Source: Welwitschia mirabilis
Taxonomy: Eukaryota
Length of the DNA stretch: 53,307 bases
Direction: 5' to 3'
NCBI GenBank assembly: GCA_051453625.1
Contig: JBOZIK010000001.1
Coordinates: 35,593,013 to 35,646,319 of the forward strand
In this document: positions 1 to 11,398 of the stretch, piece after piece
How the letters are laid out: every line of letters begins with the position of its first letter
How positions within the stretch are numbered: position 1 is the first letter of the stretch
The notes under the pieces: generated by a model
Told to the model about the DNA's origin: nothing
Seen by the model: the letters and a program-made list of their open reading frames with translations, nothing else
Databases searched by the model: none
Position numbers and translations under genes: made by a program

Positions 1-971
1 ATTATGATCAAAATGTGCAAGAAGTTCAAAAACTAAAAAATTCATGATAAAATACTTTATTAAGAGCATGTTATAATCAAAATGTATTGAGTATAATTTG
101 TATGATGAATGGCTTTGCAAATAACATAATGAAGTAAATAAATGTATAAAATTTACTAGATGCTCATATGGGTAAATACATATATTTAAATAACTAGCCA
201 AATGTGATATCATAAATGTATTAAGAATTTATCCAAATAATAGTAATGTAAATTTCAATTAAAGTTTTAAATTTAGATATAAATTTCTTTTGTCTTTAAG
301 CTATGTGATACTGTTTGAAAACTATTCTATGAAAAATATTTTTATTAAATTTAAAAAAATCACTTTTTAATGTTATACAACTACCAAAATAATAGAATGA
401 GTTGAATACCTAATAAGCAAAACTAGATTAATTACATAAAGAGGCTTCAATCTTAATTTTAAACAACAAAAGAAGTCCTAGATTAAGAAATAAATTTAAA
501 AAACCTAGAATAAGCATCAAATATTAATATAAGAATCTTCTTGATGTTGTGTTAGCATTTTGATCTTTATTGATCTTCTTACATGTCTACAATGTTGCTT
601 TCGCTATGGATTTGTCATTTGCATGAATTTTCTTACTATTTTCTATTTGTCTCTCTGATTCTATCCTACTCTGATGCATGTTATGTTATCTCCCATTTTA
701 TCTCCATGTTCACTGTCTGTGATATTTTTCCATTTCTATGTTTTTTTATTATATTCCCCCCTGTAATATGCATCCTTTATTATTCTTGATAACCCCGTCT
801 CTTGATGTGTTTCTATGTTTTAATATTATTCTCCCCTCAAGTAATGGCTGGGATGTGAGGATTATTTCTTGTTATGGTAATTTTGTTTCCAAGTCAAAGC
901 TTCTCAATCCTATTATGTGGCTAATCTAAAAAACTCAAAATAATGTTGTGTCTGTTGACATTCTCTCTTAG

Positions 972-1804
972 ATGGTCTCCAAATGTTTTGACTCATCATC
1001 CTTTTCTTTATGCTCTCTCTAGTTCCTAGGTTCATGGATAGCTTTAGTATCAACTAGTCATCCTAATTTAGCTAGTAAATCATTTCTTATAGTTTGTTTT
1101 GAAGAGATATTCATTGATTTTGTCCCTATAGTAGAGGGTGCATCACTGGTTAATGCTCTTACCTTTAAGAAAGCTCTTGCTGGTGCACCTACTAATGTTG
1201 CAATAGAAATTGTAATGTTAAATGGTGATTTTTCTTTCATTGGAAAGGTTGATATAGATGAGTTTGATTACATGATTACTGATATTTTGAATAAAAATAA
1301 TGTAAACAATAAAGGAATGTATTTTGATGCTGGTGCTCAAACTGCACTAGCATTTATCACATTAAGATCTAATGATGAGTATGAATTCATGTTTTATAAA
1401 AACCCCAATGTAGACATGTTACCTATAGAGTTAAAACTTGAAGTTAATCTCTTAAGAAAGGCCAAAATTTTACATTATAGGTCTATTAGCTTGATCACTA
1501 AACCTTGTAAATCTACATAGTTAGCAACAATAAAATTGCAAATGATGCTAGGGTTCTTCTTTCATATGATCCTAATTTAAGGCTACTAATATGGTCGTCA
1601 GCTAAGGTAGCCCACACAAGTATTTGAGCATATCGGATAAAGCAAATAGCATAAAGATAAGTGAAGATAAAATCAAATTTTACTAAAGGTAAAGATCCTT
1701 ATGATAATTCTATTATGCATAAAATTTTCCATTCCAATCTTAAGTTACTTATTGCGAAAAAAGGCCAAGATGGATGTGGGTATTATACAAAGAAGAAATT
1801 TAGT
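972..1804 (+). pseudogene. FRK: Processed pseudogene of plastid-type fructokinase (pfkB family, FRK6/FRK3-like), 3'-truncated
   Basis: Translation from about 1074: SKSFLIVCFEEIFIDFVPIVEGASLVNALTFKKALAGAPTNVAI...FIGKVDIDEFDYM...GAQTALAFITL...EFMFYKNPNVDML...KAKILHYRSISLITKPCKST*...LLSYDPNLRL...TKGKDPYDN...FHSNLKLL...GCGYYTK. This aligns along its length with plant fructokinases (VVCFGEMLIDFVPT, KKAPGGAPANVA, LSYDPNLRLPLW, GCRYYTK). It has stops and frameshifts and no introns, and the C-terminal DTTGAGD motif is absent. An in-frame Ser-rich stretch from ATG 972 may be transit peptide. Confidence 0.92.
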
Positions 1805-2741
1805 TATTAGTTGAAACTCACATCACACTTTTTGGAATGTTAGTATATGTTAAAATTTTATGAAGGCAATTGTGGTAGCTAATTTCAAGCCTAGTAGTCT
1901 AGTAGATCATTTTAGTAATAGCGAGAAGCAATTGATTCCTATTTATTTTTGCTTTGGTTTGTTTTTTAGAGATCTTGTGTAGTGTGAAAAGCCTTCATTT
2001 CAACAAAGAGATAAAGCCTAGATCTAAATATTATCATTTCAATACTGATAATCTCCCACCTCTCGATAACTCTCACATAATTACTATTAGAATTACATTA
2101 CCCTATTGAAATAGCATGTACTTTGCAAACTTAGTGGAAAGAAGTTATTTCTCTTTTATGACTTCTAAAATAGATAATTACATGACATGCTTTTGGATGC
2201 CTCATGCTCATTCTGTAGTTACCTCCACCATCAAGTTTAAGTAAAAGAGTGAAGTTCTTATAAAGAAGTTGATAAGTATCACCAAAAGGGAGGAAATTAA
2301 TGGCTTGATTTATTCTTCTATTATTCTACTCTTCCTTTAACATGTACTTCAGGTATTTATGATTACATAGGTATTATTGGATTCATATTTGTGGCCTATA
2401 TCCATGATAAGTATGACCTTCTATAGTGGAGTGCCCATTTCCATTTTGACAAAGTAAAGGGTGGTGCCAATTGATGTTATAAACATGAGAAGATCTAACA
2501 AGATCAACAAATGGTGCTTTCTCTCATGATTCCTTTTATTGATGATGCATGATGCACTGAATTATGCATAAGAGAATCCTAGATTATTTCCTTACAAAAA
2601 TGGAAAGGGATGCTAAATGGACTATCTATAAAGTGGTAGCAGATCAGCCTCATTAATTTTGTGTTTGGTTTTACTGTTTGATGTCAATGAGATGGTGGAC
2701 TCAAAGAAGGCCAAGCATAGAGAGATGATGAAAATCCACAA

Positions 2742-2819
2742 GCACCTTGTTGCCATTGAAGATGCTCTTATTTCTTTGTTTTATAATAATAATTACATAC
2801 TTAAAAGACATGTTACTGA
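2742..2819 (+). pseudogene. ACC1: Acetyl-CoA carboxylase (homomeric ACC1-type) central-region fragment, part 1
   Basis: VAIEDALISLFYNNNYILKRHVT matches plant ACC1 LAVEDALVGLFDHSDHTLQRRVV; the frame continues at 11212 once the LTR element is removed. Confidence 0.8.
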
Positions 2820-4119
2820 TGTTAGATTATATTTTCCAATTGATGTCAAACTAATATCTCTTATGTAGTACAAAATGTTGTATCTAGTGTGCAGATGAGA
2901 TTGAGTTTTCTAGGTGAAAGAATTGGACCAAAAATGCATAAGAAACCTATTGAGATAAATTACCCTCTAGTGGGGTTAACCGAATCCTAAAGGGGTCAAT
3001 TCCACTTGAAGCTATCATAAGAAAAATGGACTAAACCCAGAGGAGTCGATCAGATTTTAATGGGGTCGACTGGATCTATAACCTAAAAGTCAGTTTTCCT
3101 GGACCAGATGGAAAGGGGTTAACTAGAATTTTATGGGATCGACCAGACCTAAGAAGATAAGGTAATAGTTTTAGACCAAGAGGCAAGAGGTCGACTGGAC
3201 CTAGGATGGAGTCGACCGAGCCCACATGGGGTCGACCGGAGTTTTGTAGGGTCGACTAGACAGCAAAAAAAAGTAAAATTTCTAAACATTATGTATCCAT
3301 TTCTTAGCCATTACCTAGTTATTTTCTAGCCGTTTATACTTATTTGAGGAGCAATTCATTTGTAATAAACCCTATTAGCCCTCCATTATAAATAGCTATG
3401 CTATTGTTGACCTAAAAATCTTTTGGTAGTATTCTTATTTGGCATAATCATTGTGGATCTAAAATATCAAGATGTACTTTCATTGGTACATCATTGTTAC
3501 TTCACATCTAATTGAGGAGATTTATCTTTGGCATAATAGCTTCATTCAAAATCAGATTTGAGAGCTTTATTGTTGTGATCTATTAGAGAAGAGCTCCATT
3601 CATTACACTGCTATAGAACATGTGATATTTGAGTAATCAAGACATCACTTCATCACATCCATTACTTTCATAGATTGAGACTTAGCCTGTAAAAGTCTAT
3701 TTTAGAGGTTGAGACTTAGCTTGTAAAAGTCCATTATAAAGGTTAAGACTTAGCCTGCAAAAGTCTGTTATGAAGGTTAAGACTTAGCCTGTAAAAGTCC
3801 ACTTGTAAGGATCACAGGTAAACCGAGAAAACCTGTGGAGTAACAGAGATCTAAGATCAAGCTTGAGAGAATCTAATATCTGAGAGTGAAGCAAGGGAGT
3901 TCCTAAACCACTATAAATTTAGCGTGCATCAAATTTAGTAGCTTGTGCATTTTATTTTTTATTCTTTACTTTTAGTTTTTTATTATTGTATGCACATTCT
4001 TAATATAGTTATTTTCATATGCAAGTTATGATTTAGATAGATATATTTTATATTTGTACTTAATTTTTGAAAGAAGCTATTCACCCTCGCCTCCCCCTCT
4101 AGGGTTTTCAATTCTATCA
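2820..4119 (+). repeat. 5' LTR of Sirevirus-like element 1
   Basis: Begins TGTTAGATTAT, ends CTATCA, direct repeat of 9907-11206; TATA-like TATAAATAG near 3387. Confidence 0.92.
3673..3808 (+). repeat. Four tandem copies of a 34-bp unit inside the LTR
   Basis: GGTTGAGACTTAGCCTGTAAAAGTCCATTATAAA-like units; also present near 10765-10900, 37821-37960 and 44993-45130. Confidence 0.9.
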
Positions 4120-4121
4120 TT

Positions 4122-4133
4122 TGGTATTAGAGC
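4122..4133 (+). other. Primer binding site (tRNA-iMet)
   Basis: TGGTATTAGAGC, 2 nt after the LTR end (consensus TGGTATCAGAGC). Confidence 0.85.
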
Positions 4134-4185
4134 TTAGGTTAGTATTAGATAGATCTTAACAGATCTAGACTATATAACCCTAAAC

Positions 4186-6190
4186 ATCAATAACCCATCT
4201 GATAGATTTTCAACCATTTGTTCACCTATGCTTGATGGTTCAAACTATACCTATTGGAATCCTAGGATGAAAATCTTTTTTAGATCCTTAGATGCCGATA
4301 TAGAGGAAGTCATTTGCAAAGGTCATACTATGTCCATGATAACTCAAATAGATGTAAATGGTTACATCAATTTAGTTTCAAAATCCCAAGACTAATGGAC
4401 ATCCTCAGATAAAGTAGAAGCCACCATTGATGCCTGTGATCTTAATGCTATTTTTTGTGTAGCATGTGTAGATGAATTTAAAAGAATCATGAACTATAAC
4501 CATGCTAAAAATGCTTAGGATATTTTAGAATTAGCACATGAAGGAACATCCACTGTTAAACAAGTAAACTTTAAATGCTTATTCCTAAATTTGAAGATAT
4601 TAATATGGATAATAATGAAACCCTATAAGAATTTTTTGCTAGACTTACAAATATAGTGAACTCAATGGTAAGCCTCAAAGAATACATAAAGAAAAGGAAA
4701 GTGGTAAGGAAAGTTCTAATATCCCTACCCAAGAGATTTGAATCAAAGGTAATAGCGGTAGAAGAAAGAAAAAGCATTAACATCATGGTGTTAGAAGAAC
4801 TTCAAGGTAATCTTCAAACCTATAAGCTTAAATTCACTAAAGATAGAAGAAAAGGTATTGCTTTGAAATGTGTGTAGGAGGACTACAAATCAGATAGGTC
4901 AGATGAAGAACTTGATGACAATGAAGTGGTTCTTCTAGATAAGTGATTCAAAAAGTTTCTTTACAAGAAAAGGGAAGGAGAATCAAGTAGGATTTCAAGG
5001 ATAAGCAACTCAAAACAAAGAAAGGAGCAAAAAAAGAGAAAGAAAATCTAGTGCTATTCATACAAAGGATTTAGACATATGGTTAACGAGTGTCCCAACA
5101 TGAGGAGAGAAAATAGGTAGTCTAGAAAATCTTCATTTATGGTAACTTGGGATAATAAAGATGATAAACATAAGGAGAACTACTTAGATCATGAATCAGA
5201 CAGAGATAGAAGGTTATCTTTCATGACTCTAGTACCATCACTCAAAAAGGTGCCTAGTACTTTATTACCAAATGATTTAAATATGATTGATGAAAAAAAA
5301 GATGAGCTAGAAAACACATGTCAAGAACTACATGAAGAGTATGAGAATCTCACTAAGAGAATCAATGAGTTGAAAAAAATGGTAAAGATTATTACAAAAG
5401 AAAAGGAGAAAGTAAAAGAGAAGTATAAGATGCTCAAATCTGATAGCATCAAGTTAACTACTCAAGTAAATGATCTTTTATTTTTTGTAAATAAATTTTC
5501 TGGTAGTTTGTCTAAATTGGAACATATGCTTGAAGTAAAAAAGCCAAATGGAGACAAATTAAGTATTGGATTTAGTGCACAAATATCATGAAAATAAGTA
5601 AACCAAACAAGTAAGTATGTGCCTAATCTTTTATGTAATTTTTATGGTAGAATTGGTCATTCTAAATTTTTTCGCAAAGTTAGATGTTTAATGTTATTTT
5701 CTAAAAATGTGAACTCATTACCTTTTAAGTTTATTCAAAAGAAAAATGTACCACCTAAGTCAATTAAGACTAAGTGGATTAAAGCTAATAATCTCTAAAG
5801 CTTTGTGACATAGATAGATTATAAAGAATTACATTTGAATAATTGGTATCTAGATAGCAATTGCTTAATGCATATGACAAGAGATAAATCAAGGTTTTAG
5901 AATTTGAAGAGCATAAACGGAGGAGACATTATTTTTAAAAATAACTAAACAACAAAAATAGAAGGTATAGGAAGCATCAAAGGAGGTATGTCATCTAATC
6001 TTGATAATGTATATTATATGAATGGTTTATAGCATAATTTATTAAGTTTTAGTCAACTTTGTAATAAATGGCATAGAATAATATTTGATAAATCAAAATT
6101 CATTGTTGAGAATGAGAAAATAAATGTTACTATTTTTTGTATAAAACATATTAATAATGCTTATAGATTAGATGTCAAATCATTTGATTA
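4186..6190 (+). pseudogene. Decayed copia gag-protease
   Basis: SPMLDGSNYTYWNPRMK (gag N-terminus), UBN2-like KVLISLPKRFESKVIAVEE, two degenerate zinc knuckles, protease WYLDSNCLMHMTRDKS and HNLLSFSQLC; ends before the integrase. Confidence 0.88.
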
Positions 6191-6669
6191 AATGTTCCAT
6201 GCAAACCAAAAATTTAGGAAAGATTTTAATGCAACTCAATATTATTCTATCAATTCTAATAAAAACCTTAGTTCTTATAATTAATTTAACTATTATGGAA
6301 GTGATTTGGATCTATGACTTGGTTGACTGGATCTATGATTCGATTGACTAGATGTAGTCGGTTAACTAGATTAAGAGCCCAGTCATCCAGACTCCTTCCT
6401 GTAAACCCACATCTCAATGGATTAACGGATGTCTGAGTGGTTGACTGGACTTGACAAATTACAGTGTGGAAGTATAGTCGATGAACCTGATTTCTTTCTC
6501 AAATTTTCCTTATTTCCCTTAGTATTTAAAAGAACTAGAATCATAACTTAATTTTATTATGTTCTAGTACCTCCAAGCCTTTAGATCTAGTGAGTTTCTT
6601 TTCAGATCTAGAGATCTTGCTGCCAGATCTAGTGTTTTTCTCAGTACTCTTTCTTTCAAGAGTCTTAAA

Positions 6670-7709
6670 ATGCCTGCTAGCTCTTCTAAGAGAGGTACAA
6701 AAGAGGCTGCTTTAAGAAAACCCTTCTACTTCTATAAAGGGATGTCTAAAGAAGACATTAACAAGTTCTCTAACAAGTTTAAGAAGAAAGCTATGTATCA
6801 AGAGTAGTCTATGGCTACATATAAGCTCAGGAAACTCAGGGAGGTAATCCAGCCCTTAAGAGATCAAGATCTAGATCACTTCTTAGATGTATTAAGTCTT
6901 ACATATCCTTTTATTATTAGGATGTTTTATTGCAATGCTTTTTTTAACCATGATATTAGGACTTTAGAAACCCTTGTTTTGGGTAAAAGGATGAGAGTGA
7001 CTATGAATCTCATCTCTGAGCTGACTGTTCTTTCAAGGAAAGACTATGAGGAGTTTTGGCCTCTCAGAGACATCATGGAAGATAAGCCTGTAGTGATCAA
7101 GGAGATTTTTGGTAAAGTGCATATTTGAAGATACACTTTATCTACTTCTTTGTTAACTCCCAAATATCATTTCATTTATTTAATTTTTACTTATAACTTT
7201 CTTCCTTTAGCTGGCCATTGTGATGAGGCCTCCAGCTAGAGAGCATATTTGATGTATTTAATAATAACTGAGCATTTCATTGATGCTTCTGCCATAATAC
7301 TAAAAAATATGGCCTTACAACTAGAGTACCATAGAACTAGGGCTTTACCCTACTCTATGCTTATCACCAAAATCTATCACCATTTTTGTATTAACCTCCA
7401 TTCTAAGTTGGAAACTCTTTATCCTATGACACCCATTGGGCATGCAACTTTTCTCACATGCATATCTTTGCCCCCTTTAAGAAATTCCCTTCTGAAACCC
7501 CAAAGGAAGCATCTATAGATAAGGCTCTTTCATATCTAAAATGGATTAACTCCTACATCAGACATATGAAAGAAGCCCTCATTACAGCTGGATATGACAT
7601 TGCAGATACATTAGCTGAGGCTACTAGCTCTACTCATACTAGAAGAGATGAAGAAGATTCAGAGAAAGAATATAAAGAGGAAGAAGAAGAAGAGGAGGAG
7701 TTAGATTAA
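6670..7709 (+). pseudogene. Sirevirus env-like extra ORF (putative plant transposon protein type), disrupted
   Basis: MPASSSKRG...YPFIIRMFYCNA...TYNFLPLAGH...LPYSMLITKI...poly-Glu tail; lies between the pol remnant and the PPT region and is homologous to 41158-42195. Confidence 0.75.
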
Positions 7710-8621
7710 AATTTTCTATCTTTCAGATCATGTTTTGTGTTCTCTCCTTATTTTTGTTCTCAAAAAGGGGAGATTTGATTGTGCTTGTTTGCTAAATTTT
7801 AGTTGTATGCTCTTTAAAAGCACTTTTTCAGTTTTAATCCATGCTAGACTTGTAATGTTTTTCTCTTAATGCAAATCAGTTATCTATTTTAGCACAATTT
7901 TTGTATCACTTTGCAACATTTGGCATATATCATTTGGTAGTATAAAATTATATGTGCTTATTTTAAAAAAATTAAATTTATTATCTAAATTGAAAATAAA
8001 CCAAAATATTTATGTCATCAAATTAAATAAGTGTTCTTAAATCATTTGGATTATCATTATGTCTTTTTAATTATTAAATTATGCAAAATCAAATTTGTAA
8101 CTTTTAAAAGCACAAAATTTTGTTTATTCAAAAACCTAAATATGTCTTAAAATTTTAGATTATTACTTTTATAAATGGAATCAAGATAGGGGAGAAAATT
8201 TTATGTTTTTAAACACATATTTAGAGATTATATTTTCTTTGCCATTAATGTAAAAGAGGGAGAAAATGTAGTGTTTTTAAAGTATTTCAAAGGAGGAGAA
8301 AATTTGAAAAAATGTAGTGCTTTGACAAAGGAGTAAAAAATGATTTGAAAAAGGTTATTTTTAGAAATATTTTACCTTTTACTTAATGTTTTTTATATGG
8401 CTTGGTGAAAGGGGGAGTTTATATTATGTTAATATACCTCAAATTTGTTTAGTGAAAGAGCTTAAATATGGTTAATTTTGAAATCACTTATTTATTTGCC
8501 ATCAATGTCAAAGAGGGAGATNNNNNNNNNNNNNNNNNNNNNNNNNNNNNNNNNNNNNNNNNNNNNNNNNNNNNNNNNNNNNNNNNNNNNNNNNNNNNNN
8601 NNNNNNNNNNNNNNNNNNNNN

Positions 8622-9906
8622 GGCCATTGTGATGAGGCCTCCAGCTATAGAGCATATTCGATATCTTTGGTATGGACTGGGAATTCTATTAATGCTCCTA
8701 TCATAATACTAAAAAATATGGCTTCACAGTTGAAGTACCATAGAACTAGGGCTTTAACCCTACTCTGTGCTTATTACTAAAATATGTTGCCATTTTCATG
8801 TAAACCTACACCCTTCTTTAGATATTCTTTAGCCTTTATCACTTATTGGGTGTATGACTTTGTCTCGCATGCATATCTTTACCCCTTCAAAGAAATCCCC
8901 TTCTGAAACTCCAAAAGCAACATATCTAGATGAGACTCTTTCATATCTGAAATGGATGACTCCTGCATCAAACACATGAAAGAAGCACTCATTATACCTA
9001 GATATGAAATTGCAGATACCTTAGCTGAAGGTACGAGCTCTGCTCATACTGGAGGAGATGAAGAAGATTCATAGGAAAAATCTAAAGAAAAATAAGAAGA
9101 AGAGAAAGAATCAGAGTAAAATTTCTTATCTTTTAGATCATGCTTTAGTGTTCTCTCCTTTCTTTTGTTGTCAAAAAGGAGAGATTTTTATTGTGCTTAT
9201 TTGTTAATATTAGATGTATGCTCCTGATGAGCAATTTTTATTTTTTATTTATAATCCTTGTAATAGTTTGTTTTTTAATAAAAATCTATTATCTATTTTA
9301 GCATAATATTTGTGTATCACTTAGCAACATTTGGTATTTCTTAGTTTGTAGCATAAAATTATATGTTATTCTTTTTAGAGAGAATTATATTATTATCTAA
9401 ATTAAAAATAAACCAAAATATTTGTAATAAGTGTTTTTTATCATATTTTTCATTGTCGTTTGGTATTATCAAATTGTGCATAATCTAATTATATCATTTA
9501 AATGCACAAAATGTTGTCTATTCAAAATGCCTAAACGTGTATCAAATTTTTGGCTTATCATTTTTATCTTTTGGCATTAAGATAGGGGGAGAAAAATTCT
9601 TGATACTTCTGGCCATATATCTAAGTCTTATATTTATATGCCATTGATGTCAAAGGAGGAGAGAAGATGTAGTGCTTTCAAAAGCATTTTTTTGAAGATG
9701 TTGTACTCTCGAAGTATTTTTTGAAGTATTTTGCCAAAGGGATAGAAATGCTTATTTATTTTAATCTTTGCTTAAATGTTTATATGCCTTGATGTAAGGG
9801 GGAGTTTTGATTATAATGTGCCTAAAGTTATTTGATAAAAGAGCTTAAAATTATTTTATGTTTTAAAATCAATTACTTATTTGCCATTAATATTAAAGAG
9901 GAAGAT
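8622..9906 (+). mobile_element. Second, diverged copy of the env-like 3' end plus multi-PPT 3' region
   Basis: Repeats 7213-8521 with many substitutions and indels, following a 100-N gap. Confidence 0.85.
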
Positions 9907-11206
9907 TGTTAGATTATATTTGTCAATTGATGTTAAACTAATATCTCTTGTGTAGTATAAAATATTGTATCTAGTGTGCAAATGAGACTGAGCTTTGTAG
10001 GTAAAAGAATTATAAAAAAAATGCATCAAAAACCTACTAAGATAAATTACCCTCTAGTGGTAGTCAACCGAATCCTAAAGCGGTTACCCGCACCTAAGGC
10101 TATTACAAGAAAAATAGACTGAACCCAGAGGGATCAATTAGATTCTGATGGGGTTGACCAGACCTATAACTTAAAAGTCAATTTTCTTGGACTGAATGAA
10201 AATGGGTTGATTGGATTTTTATGGGGTCTATTGGACCTGAGAAGATGATAGGTAATAATTATAGACCAAGAGGCAAGGGTCAACCACACCTAGGATGGGG
10301 TCGACTGAGCCCACATGGGGTCGACTGGATTTTTTTGGGGTTGACTAGATGGCATGAAAAAGTAAAATTTCTAAACATTATGTATCCATTTCCTAGCTAT
10401 TACCTAGTTGTTTTTTAACCGTTTATAGCTATTAGAGGTGCAATTTATTTGTAATAAACCTTATTAGCCCTCTATTATAAATAGCTATGCTATTGTCGAC
10501 CTAGAGATCTTTTGGCATTATTCTTATTTAACATAATCATTATAGATCTGAAAGATCAAGGTGTACTTTCATTGGTATATTATTGTATTGCTTTGCATCT
10601 GATTTAGAAAATTTATCTTTGGCATGAAAGCTTCATTCAAAATCATTTCTAAGATATTTATTATTGTGATCTATTGGAGAAGAGATCCATTTATTACACT
10701 GCTACAGAACATGTAATATCTAAGCAATCAAGGCATTACTTTATCACATCCATTACTTTTATAGGTTGATACTTAGCTTATAAAAGTCCATTTCAGAGGT
10801 TAAGAATTATCTTATAAAAGTCCATTACGAAGGTTGAGACTTAGCCAACAAAAGTCTGTTGTGAAGGTTGAGACTTAGCTTGTAAAAATCTGCTTGTAAG
10901 GGTTACACATAAACTTGGAAAACCTATGGTGTAATAGAGATCTGAGATTGAGATTGAGAGAGGCTGATGATAAAGAGTGGAGTAGGGGAGTTCTCGAATC
11001 ACTATAAATATGGCATGCATCGAATTTAGTAGCTTGTGCATTTTATTTTTGATTCTTTACTTTCAGTTTTTCATTATGATATGCACATGCTTAATTTAGT
11101 TATTTTTATATGTAAGCTATAATTTAGATAAACATATTTCAGATTTCTGGTTAAGTTTTAAAGAACCTATTCACACATCCTTGCCCCAGGGTTCTTAATC
11201 CTATCA
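9907..11206 (+). repeat. 3' LTR of Sirevirus-like element 1
   Basis: Preceded by PPT AAAGAGGAAGAT; TGTTAG...CTATCA. Confidence 0.92.
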
Positions 11207-11211
11207 ACTAA

Positions 11212-11398
11212 GACATATGTATGGAGGCTATATCATCCTTATCTTATCAAGGGTAGTGTCAAAATGCAATGGAGTCAGTCTATATGTATAGCATTATGAA
11301 AGTTCTTAGATGAAAGTGCTAGTCAGTAAATCTTACTAATGATTCAATGTAATAGTTCATCTACAAATATCAGTAAGACAAATAAATGGGATTCTATG
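11212..11398 (+). pseudogene. ACC1: Acetyl-CoA carboxylase fragment, part 2
   Basis: (E)TYVWRLYHPYLIKGSVKMQWSQSICIAL*KFLDE...KTNKWDSM matches ACC1 ETYIRRLYQPYVVKDSVRMQWHRSGLLASWEFLEE...KRKWGAM; in frame with part 1 across the TSD. Confidence 0.88.

Larger units (their letters stand above)
2820..11206 (+). mobile_element. Sirevirus (SIRE/Maximus)-like Ty1/copia LTR retrotransposon, non-autonomous (gag-PR plus env-like, no IN/RT/RH)
   Basis: LTRs 2820-4119 and 9907-11206 (TG...CA), TSD ACTGA/ACTAA, tRNA-iMet PBS at 4122, multiple PPT-like tracts before the 3' LTR, GGTCGACC palindromes, and the CTATTCACCC...AGG LTR-end motif typical of Sireviruses. Confidence 0.93.

Noticed and set aside
548-842. 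Possible reversed copia LTR plus PPT (TTCTCCCCTCAAGT) abutting the FRK 5' end
   Set aside because: No partner LTR, TSD, TATA or RH end could be found; it may simply be pyrimidine-rich UTR/intron-like DNA.
1215-1520. 101-aa ORF as a functional fructokinase gene
   Set aside because: Only an open stretch of a pseudogene; conserved Gly residues are mutated, stops and frameshifts follow, and the catalytic C-terminus is missing.
2575-2655. RDAKWTIYKVVADQP as a further ACC1 piece (RDRQWHLYTVTDKP)
   Set aside because: Similarity is short, out of collinear order, and the flanks do not align.
3673-3808. CRISPR-like array of ~34-bp repeats
   Set aside because: Units are contiguous with no unique spacers, lie inside plant LTRs, and there are no cas genes.
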